Counted from the first letter of the whole stretch, positions 1 to 13,040 are shown. The stretch is DNA of 63,015 nt, filler included, from Globobulimina sp. (GCA_003354225.1; 57 parts of 57 records of this genome joined end to end with filler, not necessarily neighbours in it); one strand, 5' to 3'. Notes: generated by a model from the letters alone, not told the origin. Translations and numbers: made by a program.

Positions 1-506
1 TGCTTCGAAATCAGTGGTTACGAGATTGTGTGGTTGTTATTTTTTAGAGCAAGAATATGTGGCCAGTCAGATTGTGAGAGCCATACAATACAATATAAGA
101 AATGTTGTATTGCCACCAGGACTTGGTACGTTTTCTATGTTCAATTTGTATTTTTTATAAATTAATTTATATTTATAATTAAAAAAGGTGTTATTTGCAG
201 TTGGGAGCATTCATTACCGGATGGAGTGAAAGATTATTTCTTAGGGATAGGGTGTAGGCCCTTCAATGCATAAACTAATGGGACGTGGCAAACCAGAACG
301 GAAATAACTAATTTTTGTTTGATGTTATTAGACATTTTTGCTTTATCATATTGTATATAATTAAATTCTTTGTGCAACGCTTTGTTTGCAATGCAAATAG
401 TAGTACAGTGTAGTGCCAGTGGTACACAATTAAATCGGGACGTAAGTCCTATTCCAGGCTCACAGATTGCTTAAACAATTTTAATTTACACACTTGTGAA
501 ATGTGA

Positions 507-935
507 ATGTCGTCGTCTCGAAAAAGAAAAAAGAAGAAAACGTTCCAATTAAAAGAAGAATCCAATTGCAAACATGACGTGCGTACAATCACAAAAATAG
601 CAAAAGAACGTAAGAAATGTGGATTAATTGTTGCAAACTCAGCAGATATACCTGGATGGATCACCGATGAATTAACGAAAAACATTCGTGTCAAGCGCGA
701 AAAACCAGCAGTTTTTACAGAATCTCCATTAAAAGGAACATTCACAGATGGATTTGCAATGTATTCCACTTATGTTGATGTTGAAAACTGTGATGTAAAA
801 TTTGGTATAAATATGACTGGGGCGGAATGCTTAAATTCAATCACAAAAATGTTCCAACAAACAGAAAAAGGCGTTGTTGATTTCTTTATTTATTACTCAG
901 GAATTGGCAAATCATATAATGGTGATTGGCTGAGG
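507..935 (+). CDS. Caspase/metacaspase-like (C14-fold) fragment, first exon
   Basis: FFIYYSGIG..NGDW resembles the YYSGHG strand/His motif; followed by a GT donor and AT-rich intron-like sequence. Confidence 0.4.
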
Positions 936-1008
936 TATATTCACTGTGATTATTCCTATCCGTTTATATATATATATATATATATATTATATATTATACA
1001 TAGATATG

Positions 1009-1108
1009 NNNNNNNNNNNNNNNNNNNNNNNNNNNNNNNNNNNNNNNNNNNNTTAATTAATTAANNNNNNNNNNNNNNNNNNNNNNNNNNNNNNNNNNNN
1101 NNNNNNNN
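1009..1108. other. Artificial contig linker (44 N + TTAATTAATTAA + 44 N); 56 copies, one every ~1107 bp, separating 57 independent contigs
   Basis: Identical spacer at regular spacing; contig lengths fall monotonically from 1008 to 1006; explains ORFs ending in XXX-LIN. Confidence 0.99.
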
Positions 1109-1421
1109 TTACGGAGTCGTTAGGGTTTGATACTTCGTTTAATAGGAAAGATGCGCGGAGATGGATTGTTAATTATGAATTAAATAAATTGCATAAAGTA
1201 ATCATTGACAATGAAATTTTGCAAAAAATATATGGCTTTTTTACCAAAGAAAAGAAGGAAAGTTTTATTCAAAAAATTGAAAGAAGATTTATCAAAAGGA
1301 AAATTAAATTATGATATGTGAAAAATATAATATTATTATAATGTTTTGTTGTCATTTCTTTGTGTTGTCATTTTTCTCTTGAGAACATTCCAATTGTCAG
1401 AAACGTTGTAAAGTCAGGCTC

Positions 1422-2116
1422 ATGGCAACTCTGTCACAAATACTGCTTATCATTACAATATTGCTCACCCCGCACAACGCTCAAAACAACACCACAACAC
1501 CAGCCCTTACAGTCGCACCCATAGTGGTAACATTCTTAGAAACAGCAACGGGAAATAAAATAAATATAACCGCAGAATATTGCTCATGGAATGTCTCTTA
1601 TATCATACGTCTTATCAACGAAACCGATCCAGCCTTTCTTTACACGCCAACCTCAAAAATGTTATTACTGGAAAGTGGATATTTGCCGCAATACATCATA
1701 CAACAATTACCCGCCAACTTATTATCATTTTACGGTCTAAACATCTCGAATTCGAATGAAACCCAAGACTGTACCTCCAATGCCAACACAACTGACACAG
1801 CCCTTGATTTTTGTATAGGTAAACACCGCACGTACACCTCGCACATATCTGAGCCAAAATAGTTGCATTAACTTAAACTTTCTACGTCTACATAGGTCCA
1901 TTAATCCATAGCAATCTCAGGAATCCAATCAACGAAAAGTCAGCCAGCGGCACATTGAGCTTGCAGAACATCACAGGTTTTGACATTTATATTAATGTCT
2001 CGCTATCAGACTGCGGCTTGGCCTGCAGCACAGCCTCGAAATTCTATGGCTTAACCGAGGACGAACAGGATTTCATCGATTTATTTAAAATTATAGGCTG
2101 CAGTTTGTGTATGGTC
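1422..2116 (+). CDS. Secreted/surface protein N-terminus, spliced, partial
   Basis: Signal peptide MATLSQILLIITILLTPHNA, many N-x-T/S sites, GT-AG intron ~1819-1894. Confidence 0.55.
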
Positions 2117-2296
2117 NNNNNNNNNNNNNNNNNNNNNNNNNNNNNNNNNNNNNNNNNNNNTTAATTAATTAANNNNNNNNNNNNNNNNNNNNNNNNNNNN
2201 NNNNNNNNNNNNNNNNAATCTAGATGGTATCTTGTTTCTTACCTATCTGTCTATGACAATTAGTTTTTTATAAATGCAATTAAATTATTTAACAAG

Positions 2297-3224
2297 GCAT
2301 TGCCGGCGGAGCTCTCAGTGTTTATCGAGATAGTAATGTGAGTATTACAGAATGTGAATTTCGAAACAACACAGCTGGTTATTATGGCGGTGGTATAATT
2401 GTTGGAGATAATAATATGTTAAATATATTAGACTGTCAATTCTATGATAATACCGCAACATTTGGCGGTGGTGCAATTGCAGTGAGAACTGGTGCTGGTT
2501 CAAATGAAAGATATAATTCAATTGATTTGGTTATTGAGGATTCCGTTTTTGAACGTAATATTGCCGGCGAGCAAGGAGGAGCAGTATATATCAAAAGAGA
2601 AGCAGTGAGTTTAGATGATGCGGATACATATTACCATACTATCAGGTATTTATTCTACCCAATTATTTTGCGCTGTATCCAACTGTAAGATATACAGTCT
2701 TAAACAAGGTAATTTTTGGCATGCTAATAACGCAGAAATTGGAGGAGTGATATCAATGGACTTTAGATCTAAAACACCGACCGGAATTGCAATTGAATTT
2801 TGTGTTCCAAATCTAATTCTAAACCAATTGATTGATATTACCGACAATATATTCTTGCAAAATTCAGCAGATCAACAAGGCGGTGTATTTCATTTTAATT
2901 GCATGGATTTAAAGATTTATGACTCCCTTTTTGAAGATAACTTTGCCTCGAGTCATAATGGCGGCGGTGTCGGACATTTATCAGATACACCAACATTTAT
3001 CGATAACTGCGAGTTCTTTTCGCCAGGCCATTCCGTCAATTACCATGGACAATTATTTTATATATATGCATCGCATAAAGGTTTCTCTAATTTTACTATA
3101 CAAAACAGTGAAATTTTTAATTTTGCCGCAGATAAAACTAGTGATAATACAAGCAATTATACAGCAGATTATTCGTTAATGTCTATTGAGTCTGGGCCAT
3201 CCATGCTATTTGAAAATATAAATT
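2297..3224 (+). CDS. Parallel beta-helix (Pmp-like GGAI/FxxN repeat) protein, spliced, partial
   Basis: Repeats FRNNTAGYYGGGI, FYDNTATFGGGAI, FERNIAGEQGGAV, FLQNSADQQGGVF; frame switch via intron ~2646-2708. Confidence 0.8.
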
Positions 3225-3409
3225 NNNNNNNNNNNNNNNNNNNNNNNNNNNNNNNNNNNNNNNNNNNNTTAATTAATTAANNNNNNNNNNNNNNNNNNNN
3301 NNNNNNNNNNNNNNNNNNNNNNNNATTCCAATCCGGACGGGACATTCAGTTAAATTTTCTTAGTGCATTTCTCTATGGATTTGCATGGTTTTTTGTTGTT
3401 TTTTGTAGA

Positions 3410-4129
3410 GCTGAATTTTAATTGGGGTTCGTGGGAGAGCCCGAATGCGAAAATAGACTTAAATCCATCCACAGCAGTTGGATGGGAATCGACTGCGGAG
3501 AAATATGACCCAAATGATATCGAAGCAAGTCCTGAGACGAAGAAATTGGTGCAGTCAATGGGTGGCAAACAGGATTCTGGTCAGTGTCAATATTCATTTT
3601 CTACAATTTGCTGTTTTGTGTAGTGATAATTTATTATTGCGGAATAATTTGGCATTATGTTGAATAAAAGCGATGCATTGATATTGCTCTTTTATTCGAC
3701 ATAATTTGTTGTGAAGCAAATGAATTAAATGCACTGTGTTTGTCAGGTGATGCCGACGATGATACAAAGCATTCTGTGGAGTGTGTGGTATATAATTTGG
3801 AAGCGGGCAAATATGTGGAAAGAGGAAAGGGTTCGCTGAAATTAAATACATATTCAATGGATAGTGGCTTAAGAGGAAGGATTTTATGTCGACGTCAACA
3901 GATATTGACCACAATTATTAATGCACCGATTTTGAAGGACATGAAGTTCGAAAAAGTTGGCAGTTTCATAAGATTTGGGGTGGTTGAAATGGTGGAAGGA
4001 GATAAGGAAGAAAATGATGAAGATTGTGACTTGAATATAAAAACGTATTTAATTAAACCAATCGATAAGTTGGGAATTGATAATTTGTTGAATAAAATAA
4101 AGGATATTCAAGAACAGGTTGGTAAATAA
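3410..4129 (+). CDS. RanBP1 (Ran-binding) domain protein, 3' exons
   Basis: YVERGKGSLKLN...GRILCRRQQILTTIINAPI matches the RanBD signature; intron between the two ORFs. Confidence 0.75.
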
Positions 4130-4432
4130 TTGATTTTTGTTGAATGATACTTATGAATAAAAGGAAGTTTCTTATTTATATTTGATTATCATGGATAAAT
4201 TAATATGTTTTGTTGAGCAATGTGCGTTCAGTACCTTCAGTGCAAGGATTCGTTTTCAACGTCATCTCTCGTTTCAATTTGTTGCACTTTAACGATGTTC
4301 CAAAAGATAACCCCCCCCCCCCCACTTTGTATNNNNNNNNNNNNNNNNNNNNNNNNNNNNNNNNNNNNNNNNNNNNTTAATTAATTAANNNNNNNNNNNN
4401 NNNNNNNNNNNNNNNNNNNNNNNNNNNNNNNN

Positions 4433-5440
4433 ATCGCCAAACAATAATAAGTTCTCAGGCTTGTCAATCGTTTAATTTTTACTACTGACTCATTATGAAT
4501 CGTATGAATATTATTATTAATAAGTTAGCAGTAAAAATTAAACTTTTATGTCTCGATGGATGATATTGAGAGAATGTAAATATTTTATGCCTTTCACACA
4601 ATCCATAAACAATTTCCTTGCCGTTGCTTCATTGAATCTAGTCACTGTGTCTCGCAATGCGTTACTTGCATTACTTGACTTATTCACATATTTATTGTAC
4701 CACCACGCTTGTTTTACATTGACAGCGGATAAAATGTATTTGTTTTGCGGCACAATGCGTTTATTTGGGATGTATTGCAACAATTTGCCATCAAAATCCA
4801 TAACCTGCCCATACTGCGAGTACTCAATGGCTAAGTATAAGGAATCTTTGGTAGGATCATCGATAATGAAATACAAATGGATGATGTTAATATGCCTGAT
4901 CTTCATCATGATTTGCAGCTCGATTTGTACCGCATCTAACATGGTATGCCGAATCATGATTGGTATATCGCTCTCTTTCTCGTTGTAGCGAGATTTCATT
5001 AGAAACTGTTTGCGTAAAAGGTTCTTATACATACATTTGAGTGCTACTAATTTGCCCGTGCGCGTATTGCGGGCACTTAATACTTTGGCAAAGGAGCCGC
5101 TGCCTAATAATGTGTCATCTGCAGCGGAGTCGAAATCTATATTCTGTTTATTATCAAACTGGTCATCATAATACTCGCTGGCTTGCTTGCAAGTAATTAA
5201 TTGGAAATGGTTTATTTTTAGCCCCTGGGCGGTCTCATCATCATCCGATATATCGCCGGGAGTGTCTTTGGTGTCCAGTTGTAATTTATATGAAATACCA
5301 AGTTTATTGACGTTGTTTAAGCTGGACGTAATTTCATATTTAATCTCTTTTGTTGTAGCAGCCATTGCATCTTCCGGCGGTAAATCGTCGTCGTCATCAT
5401 CTGTTAGGCCCAAATCGCCAATGCCATCTTCTTCATCAAA
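4433..5440 (-). CDS. Ser/Thr protein kinase, CaMKK-like, partial
   Basis: LGSGSFAKV, VALK, IIDDPTKDSLYLAIEY, IIHRDIK then intron then PENLLL. Confidence 0.9.
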
Positions 5441-5540
5441 NNNNNNNNNNNNNNNNNNNNNNNNNNNNNNNNNNNNNNNNNNNNTTAATTAATTAANNNN
5501 NNNNNNNNNNNNNNNNNNNNNNNNNNNNNNNNNNNNNNNN

Positions 5541-6548
5541 CAGCTTGTCCAAAATAGCCAGGGTAAAAATCGTGTCATGCGCATGTAGATATTTCATCTC
5601 ATCTTTATATGCATAATGATACCCGATATCCCATTCAATTAAATTCTTAATCAGGATATCGTTTCTTTGTGTGTTTACGACTCTGTTTCTTTGATAATCT
5701 GACCATTGATTGTATGTATTGTACAATCCATTCCTTTTATTTTCTTTTTTCACTGCCTTCATACCATAATTTGTCCACTCTTTCTCTGAATAAATCTTCT
5801 CCATTTCGGTCCAATTTCGTGTTTGGTAGATGTTGAACATCGCAGCCTTCGCCATATCATCGGCTACTTCGTTCCCAATCTCATTATTATGGGCTTTGAC
5901 CCATATAATATGTACATCGATGCAGAAATCCATTAAATCGCTTACCACACTGTAAAACTTCTTGATTTTATCATAAATTAATGTATCATTTGAGTGCCAC
6001 TCGCCGGCCAACCATTTTACCACCGTTTCACTATCAATTGCAATACATACATATCCAGGCACTTCCCTCTCATTTAAATCATAAATATCATAACAATACT
6101 TATATAAGTCCGAAATGCCATGGATTGCCGCATCTAATTCGCAGTGGTCGATGGAGCTCCTAATACCGGCATGGTATGCACCATAACAATAACTACTTAC
6201 TCCATTCCCACAGTCTCTATTATTTGCGACGTATTTCTGACTGCGCAGCTTATCCAAATCCGCTTCTTCCAAATAATATTCCAGATTACATGACCAATAT
6301 CCAGCGCCACCAAACTTATCTTTATTCGAACCATCGGAGAATAGTAACTGGATATTCTTATCCTCCACTTTGTACATATTCTGTGGGTCGCTGTCATAGC
6401 AATAGAGGCTATCCGCCCACTCTCTTACCCACTCTTTGCTAAATGACAACTTCTCTGCATCCGTTTCGCTTTTATGATAAGTCAAATTGGTTGGGATTGG
6501 CATAAATTCGCATGAATGCGAGATTCGCTTTGGCACCACCCCAAATTC
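5541..6548 (-). mobile_element. Non-LTR retrotransposon ORF2 fragment, RNase H domain
   Basis: FSDGS..GGAG, CELDAA, AIDSETV, WVKAHNNEIGNEVADDMAK with all acidic catalytic residues; intronless and open across the contig. Confidence 0.85.
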
Positions 6549-6648
6549 NNNNNNNNNNNNNNNNNNNNNNNNNNNNNNNNNNNNNNNNNNNNTTAATTAA
6601 TTAANNNNNNNNNNNNNNNNNNNNNNNNNNNNNNNNNNNNNNNNNNNN

Positions 6649-7656
6649 TCCAACGCTTTCTCCATCAGCAGCTCCTGTTTCATTCTTTGAATCATGTACA
6701 GCATATCAAGGTACTTCGTATACATATATTTTCTGCTAATTCCGTTCATAAATTATTATTTCCCTTATTAACCACATAGTTGTTCCCGTTCGTGGTGCTA
6801 TACAAAACACCATTGTCCATCAAGAATTATGTGTACCATCAGTAAAAGGACATTATATCGTTGACATCAATGCAAAAAAACCATATTACATTGCAATTGA
6901 TTCCGCCACAGTAAGCAACACCACAATTAACAAAATAAATGAGTATAATTATGATATCGGCGTTGATTCAGGTGTACCAGCAACAGGTTCTGCATTAATT
7001 GGCCATTCGATGATTGCCATTGAAACCTGGTACGACGTATTGGCTCATTTAGAATTAGATTTATCAACCTATGAACCATCACAACCAATACATACATCCA
7101 TAAAAATAGATGGATTATCAGTGTCAACTGATATTCCATCTGGATACATGCAAGATGTATTCAAATCACATTTACATTCGCAACTTGTATCCGCATTAGA
7201 GATTGAAGATAGTAATCAAATTACAATTAATGGTGCACGACAAGGCAGCATCATTGCAGATATCACTATAACATCGAGTGCGATAAGTATGCAAACCCCA
7301 TTGCAACTTAGTGTTGCTTTACAAAATTATGTTGCATCAAATGAAGCAACATTCGCATCAATTGCATCCCCTCTTAATTCCGTAAATAATTATTTTTATG
7401 CAAATCAAACAAATTACATTGTATTTACAAATTGTCCGTATAGAATAACTGCCACAGCGTGGGAAGGTATTGTTATATTTCGTATAATATAAATCTGAAA
7501 AATCTATATTCGGAAAAACATTCAGGAGAAACCGTGATTGTTTCGTGGGATGCTCCGAGCATTAAAACGAGAGTGAATGACAATGATATTCTTGTATTTC
7601 AAGAAATTGGTGAACATTCAGGTGAATCATTTTCCGCGGGATCTTATTTTATTCGA
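6649..7656 (+). CDS. Large extracellular protein with SEA-like module, multi-exon, partial
   Basis: QITINGARQGSIIADITIT motif; several short GT-AG introns. Confidence 0.45.
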
Positions 7657-7923
7657 NNNNNNNNNNNNNNNNNNNNNNNNNNNNNNNNNNNNNNNNNNNN
7701 TTAATTAATTAANNNNNNNNNNNNNNNNNNNNNNNNNNNNNNNNNNNNNNNNNNNNCATAAACGTATAATTCAGCCAATATTAATGTAATTAGTGTCGTT
7801 GATATTGGTCCATTGCCTTATTTTGATTTATTATTTGATGAAAATAAAATTCCGTTTCTGTATAATTATATTAATATATTTCGTTTCTGGCTGACTGTTT
7901 CTGTATCTTTCTGATTCTTTCAG

Positions 7924-8523
7924 GACCGAATCCGTTTTTGACGACTCAAGATATATTCAGTCATGGTTCAATGTCGTGTGAGATGCATGTTTTGTTCAAA
8001 ATGATATCAAATCCTCACAAATTACAATTTATAGCCACACCAATCGATATTTCGCCGATTTCAAGCCATGAAGGTCAATCAAAGAAATTAATTGACTGCG
8101 CTGCACGTCATTTAGAAGCGATTAAGAACATATACACAAAGGAAGATATTGAAGATATTGGAGATATTAAAGAGAATGAAGCCGAAGATGCAATATTAAA
8201 ATACATATTTGCTAATTGGGTGCGGCATGTCGGTGATGGGGCGTATTCAAAGAATGGTAAATTGAAGCCGAGATTTATTAAATATGTATTAGATACTTAC
8301 GATATTGATTTGAAAAAATGGAATGGTTTCGATAGTTGGTGGTGCAATATGCATCGACTCGCGATTGCAATTAAAAGAGCGACGGAATCAGCAAGCGGTA
8401 CATTTAGGTGTGCATTCCTGTGCTGCTTTAAAATGGTTTCATTGCGGGCAAGATCACCAAAGTCCGTATCACAGATATTAGATTACGCCAAAGTCGATCA
8501 TAAGACAATAAAACGACCACAAG
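7924..8523 (+). mobile_element. hAT-superfamily transposase-like exon
   Basis: VGDGA (catalytic Asp), WCNMHRLAIAI (CxxH motif) and downstream RSPK; bounded by an AG acceptor and a GT donor. Confidence 0.7.
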
Positions 8524-9346
8524 GTGTTTACACATTTTTTTTTTTACTTTTTAAAATATTTTTTTTTACTTTTTTTTTTTATCGAAAAATGGTGCATAAT
8601 TTTCCATAAATTGCATGCAAACTCATCACCATCGACCACGGTGACAAAGCTTTTTTTTTTTTTGGATCCGGCACCATTCCAAACCACTATACACATAAAA
8701 GTTTCATTTTTTTCAAATCATATCATCCAAACATAAATTATTTTAACTTTTACTATTTGTATATNNNNNNNNNNNNNNNNNNNNNNNNNNNNNNNNNNNN
8801 NNNNNNNNTTAATTAATTAANNNNNNNNNNNNNNNNNNNNNNNNNNNNNNNNNNNNNNNNNNNNCGACAATGCGACCAATATTTCCAAATAAAGTTTCTA
8901 AACCATGTTGAATAAAATCACTACACTTTGATAAACATAAACATTCACATTCCGCTTTTCTCTTTTTTTGGTCACTTGGAACTTGCGACATTGTGTGTAC
9001 CGTACCTACTTAGTCCCTGTAGTTGAAAAATCCTCAAACTATCTTCTTTTCGTTCTATGCAAAATTAATTACAAACGTTACTGTATCTGTTTTTTTCGTA
9101 TGATCGTCAGCTATGATGAGCTATCAACAGTATACAAATCATCTAAAATACGAAAGATAAATCCGAACACAACATAAAAAACAACACTGTATCTAAAATT
9201 TCTACCAAACAAATAACATACAAACCCAAAATAAAGAAACAAAAAATATACTTATTAGTTATATTACTTATATATACAAAAAGAAAAAAAATACGTCTAT
9301 ACAAAAAATTAAACATCATGATCGCATTTAAAACAATTTAGTAATC

Positions 9347-9872
9347 CTAACAAAACAACAAATATGCAATAAACAACACAATATTAATTGCACCCATCCT
9401 CCCCATCATATGTCCTTCATTTCCATCCTCATCCTCCTCAGTCGTGGTATACGCAGGTAGCGGGCTTTTAGTTGGAACGAGAGTAGTCGGACTCGCACTC
9501 GGTGAATGTGTAATGGTCGAAGGTTTTTCAGTCGGTAAAGGTCTACTCACAGTGGGCGCATGGCTGAGCCCCTCTGCTAACGGTGATCTTGAGGGGGTAC
9601 CTGTACTGTCACTTGGACTGACACTAGGATTTTCACTCGGAAACATCGTAGTTGGACTTTGCGTCGGATCTGTCGTAGTAGGTGCTCCGCTCGGTGGGCT
9701 AGTTTCACCTGTTCGTAATGGATTTTTTGTAGGCGATGGTACCGGCATCTCACTGGGCGAAACTGAAGGCATATACGTAGGGGAAACGGAGGGTACGCCA
9801 CTCGGCGCGCTTGTAACCGGACTGTCACTCGGCGCACCACTTGGTACTCGCGTAGGACCATATGAAGGGCCA
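9347..9872 (-). CDS. P/T/S-repeat mucin-like surface protein C-terminus, possible GPI anchor
   Basis: PSVSPS/PTKSP repeats and hydrophobic C-terminal tail INIVLFIAYLLFC. Confidence 0.75.
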
Positions 9873-9972
9873 NNNNNNNNNNNNNNNNNNNNNNNNNNNN
9901 NNNNNNNNNNNNNNNNTTAATTAATTAANNNNNNNNNNNNNNNNNNNNNNNNNNNNNNNNNNNNNNNNNNNN

Positions 9973-10187
9973 GCATACGGAAATGGATTAAGGTACAAAA
10001 ATAACGGAAGATGTATATACAATGTACCAGGTGGAAATTGATAGAATTTTCGGTAAGCAAATAAATACAAATTACGAGCAGCATATATTGATGTTAAAAT
10101 GGCTAATGATTGTACGAGTTTATTCGATTTGATTGTTTGTTTTACAGATGCAAATATGTCAGTTATTTGTTCCGTTAATTTCTCCAT
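9973..10187 (-). CDS. Cytochrome P450-like N-terminal exon
   Basis: Membrane anchor, basic stretch, FPPG then GT donor; same layout as the P450 at 56671. Confidence 0.5.
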
Positions 10188-10268
10188 ATCACTCAACGAT
10201 TTGTTAACGGTTTGAAAAAAAACCAAACATTTTAATTTTAAAAATCCTATGAGATATACATGCAGTGC

Positions 10269-10345
10269 AAGGATAATGTATACAATTTCAAAAGTATTAC
10301 AAACGCGGATAATGTATACAATTTCAAGGATAATGTACACAATAA
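10269..10345. repeat. Three imperfect copies of GGATAATGTATACAATTTCAA upstream of the P450-like exon
   Basis: Direct inspection. Confidence 0.7.
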
Positions 10346-11374
10346 AATAATATTACAAACGCGAGCATTGAAATTCATTCACTCACTCAATTTGAAAATA
10401 ATAATTATAACATCTTTTCAGTTACAATTAAAGAATCAAACCCATGACATAATTCTTTCATATTTTTATTGTTTACATCAGTTTTACGAATCTTAATGCT
10501 TAACATTGCTGAGTACCCACAGTGATTTTTTCCCCATTTAACCATTTTTTAAACATCATATTTATCAATGATATTAATTGTCGTCGAGTTTTTATCTCCA
10601 TCGATATGTATCATACATAAACAATTATTATTACTATCAATCCAAACTTCCAATCTTTTTAATCCAAATAATTTATTTAAATATAATTTAGCATCATTAA
10701 TACTTTCCGGCCCCAATGTTTAGTCATTAATCCATTGTGTTGTTGGTGCAGATTGCTTGTAAGACTAAGACAGTTTGCAACGTCGATGATGTGATGGGAA
10801 TGATACTAATCAATAAAAACAATGCCGTAATTATATGCTTTGCTTCTTTAAACATAAATTGTATACTGTCTTCTCTAGTCACTGTGACTGTCTCTAATTC
10901 TGTATCGTAATTGTCACAGATTGGCTCATTACAGTACATCAGTTTTGTGGTTTACAACAAATATAACTAGTACATGGTCANNNNNNNNNNNNNNNNNNNN
11001 NNNNNNNNNNNNNNNNNNNNNNNNTTAATTAATTAANNNNNNNNNNNNNNNNNNNNNNNNNNNNNNNNNNNNNNNNNNNNCAGGCATAATGCTGGCATAT
11101 TAGATTTGGTGCAGCCAGCTCTTAGACAACATGTTGAACATGTTACTCAAATGTTCAACCCACAATTTTAAAACCCCTGAGAAAGTGTCCACACTCTTCT
11201 TGATAAAATTAATTTGATTCGATTTTTGGCGTTATCCAACCCGAAGGTGGAAATAGAGAAACTTCGCTGGGAATTTTAGATCATGCTTTTTATACAGAAA
11301 CAGTTTTCCGCAAATTTAAACCAACATAATTTATATATAATTATTATTTTTTAGATAATTATTATTTTTTATTG

Positions 11375-12007
11375 TTAAAGTTCTTGTTTATATTCATCTA
11401 ATAATTGATTGGATGGTTCAGACCATGGATCTCTGACTTTATTAGCTTGAGCTGAACCAATAATCGGTAATGTGTCGTCTGTGATCAATCCAATCTGTTT
11501 TAAAACGGATGCTTGGTCCCAATAAATATGTTCATGACAAATTTTCCCATTCCTAAAGTTAACGATAGCCACCAACGGTATGGCAATCTGTTTATTCGTT
11601 GGTGCAATATTTGGTAAAATCAATCCAATATGATTTTGATGACTAAATTTGACAATTAATTCGTCAGTTAATCTCTGGTTAACATCGTCAACAGTTCTTG
11701 AAATGGCTTCGAATTCCCAATCATGAGGAACCTCTGCAATAAATGATTCATTATAAAATTTACGCAACAATGTTTGACCTAAACCGCCAATGGCTGTTGG
11801 TATATGATTTACATATCCCATCTTATCAACCATTGTATCCATTGTATCATCAGAATTTTTATTCGGTCCAAATTCATATTCTAAATGTAGCTCCCATAAT
11901 GCAATTAATTCGTCTCGTGATAAAGCAATATCCTTATCATTTTTATTCACTTCGCATAAACAACCCACAAAGCACAAGGTTAAGGTTAACCACAATATTA
12001 ACGACAT
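11375..12007 (-). CDS. SnoaL-like/ester-cyclase-fold protein (dienelactone-hydrolase-associated type) with signal peptide and C-terminal KQEL
   Basis: WELHLEYEF, TMDTMV, YVNHIPT, ISRTV, HEHIYWDQASVLKQIGL; complete intronless ORF. Confidence 0.85.
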   Translation of the reverse strand: MSLILWLTLTLCFVGCLCEVNKNDKDIALSRDELIALWELHLEYEFGPNKNSDDTMDTMVDKMGYVNHIPTAIGGLGQTLLRKFYNESFIAEVPHDWEFEAISRTVDDVNQRLTDELIVKFSHQNHIGLILPNIAPTNKQIAIPLVAIVNFRNGKICHEHIYWDQASVLKQIGLITDDTLPIIGSAQANKVRDPWSEPSNQLLDEYKQEL

Positions 12008-12188
12008 TGTTCGAATTAAATTTTAAAAAAAAGAGGCAAAAAACTGTCACTTTAGCACTATATCAAAAATTAAACAATTTAGAAATGTNNNNNNNNNNNN
12101 NNNNNNNNNNNNNNNNNNNNNNNNNNNNNNNNTTAATTAATTAANNNNNNNNNNNNNNNNNNNNNNNNNNNNNNNNNNNNNNNNNNNN

Positions 12189-13040
12189 ACTCAACTACGT
12201 GTACAACCGGAGGAACTCGCTGTTCTATCAACTGAGCCACCCGTAAATCCCCAAGCAAAGAAGCAAAAGACCGTACAAGTTATGTTTGAAACCTTTAATG
12301 TCCCCGCATTTTATGTTGTTGCTGGCGGAGTGTTATCGTTATATGCGTCTGGTAGGACAACTGGAGCTGTATTTGACAGTGGAGATGGTGTCACGCACAC
12401 AATCCCTATCTATGAAGGTTATGCCTTGCGACACGGCATTCGGAGAATAGACATTGGCGGCAGGGATTTGACCAAGTATTTGATGCGAATATTTAATGAG
12501 AGGGGATATTCGTTTTCAAGCTCTTCAGAACTGGATATTGTCCGTGGTATAAAGGAGAAGTTATGTTATATTGCATTGGATTATGAACAAGAATTACAAA
12601 ATGCAGAAACTTCCAATGAGATTGCTGTGGATTATGAATTGCCGGATGGTCAGGTTATAACTATTGGTGCGGAACGCTTTCGATGTCCGGAAGTTTTATT
12701 TAAACCCGAACTGATTGGCATAGAATCAGATGGGATTCATACTTTTCTATATGAATCTATAATGATGTGCGATATTGATATACGGGGGCGTTTGTATACT
12801 AATATTGTACTATCGGGTGGATCTACACTGTTTAGACAGATTGAAACAAGATTGGTGAATGAGTTGGGAGAGTTAGCTCCGTCGTCGGTGAAATGTAAAG
12901 TTATTGCGTCCGCAGAGAGGGAGTATTATGTATGGATTGGTGGGTCGATACTTTCATCGCTGTCAACATTTCTGGAAATGTGTATCAGTAAAGATGAATA
13001 TGACGAGAGTGGCCCGGGTATTGTCCATAGGAAATGCTAA
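12189..13040 (+). CDS. ACT: Actin, divergent paralog, 5'-partial
   Basis: [72 protein letters not shown]. Confidence 0.97.
   Translation, partial: TQLRVQPEELAVLSTEPPVNPQAKKQKTVQVMFETFNVPAFYVVAGGVLSLYASGRTTGAVFDSGDGVTHTIPIYEGYALRHGIRRIDIGGRDLTKYLMRIFNERGYSFSSSSELDIVRGIKEKLCYIALDYEQELQNAETSNEIAVDYELPDGQVITIGAERFRCPEVLFKPELIGIESDGIHTFLYESIMMCDIDIRGRLYTNIVLSGGSTLFRQIETRLVNELGELAPSSVKCKVIASAEREYYVWIGGSILSSLSTFLEMCISKDEYDESGPGIVHRKC

Noticed and set aside
9444-9920. G/V-rich plus-strand ORF and similar shadow ORFs (4548, 19443, 47637, 54735)
   Set aside because: Antisense shadows of better-supported genes
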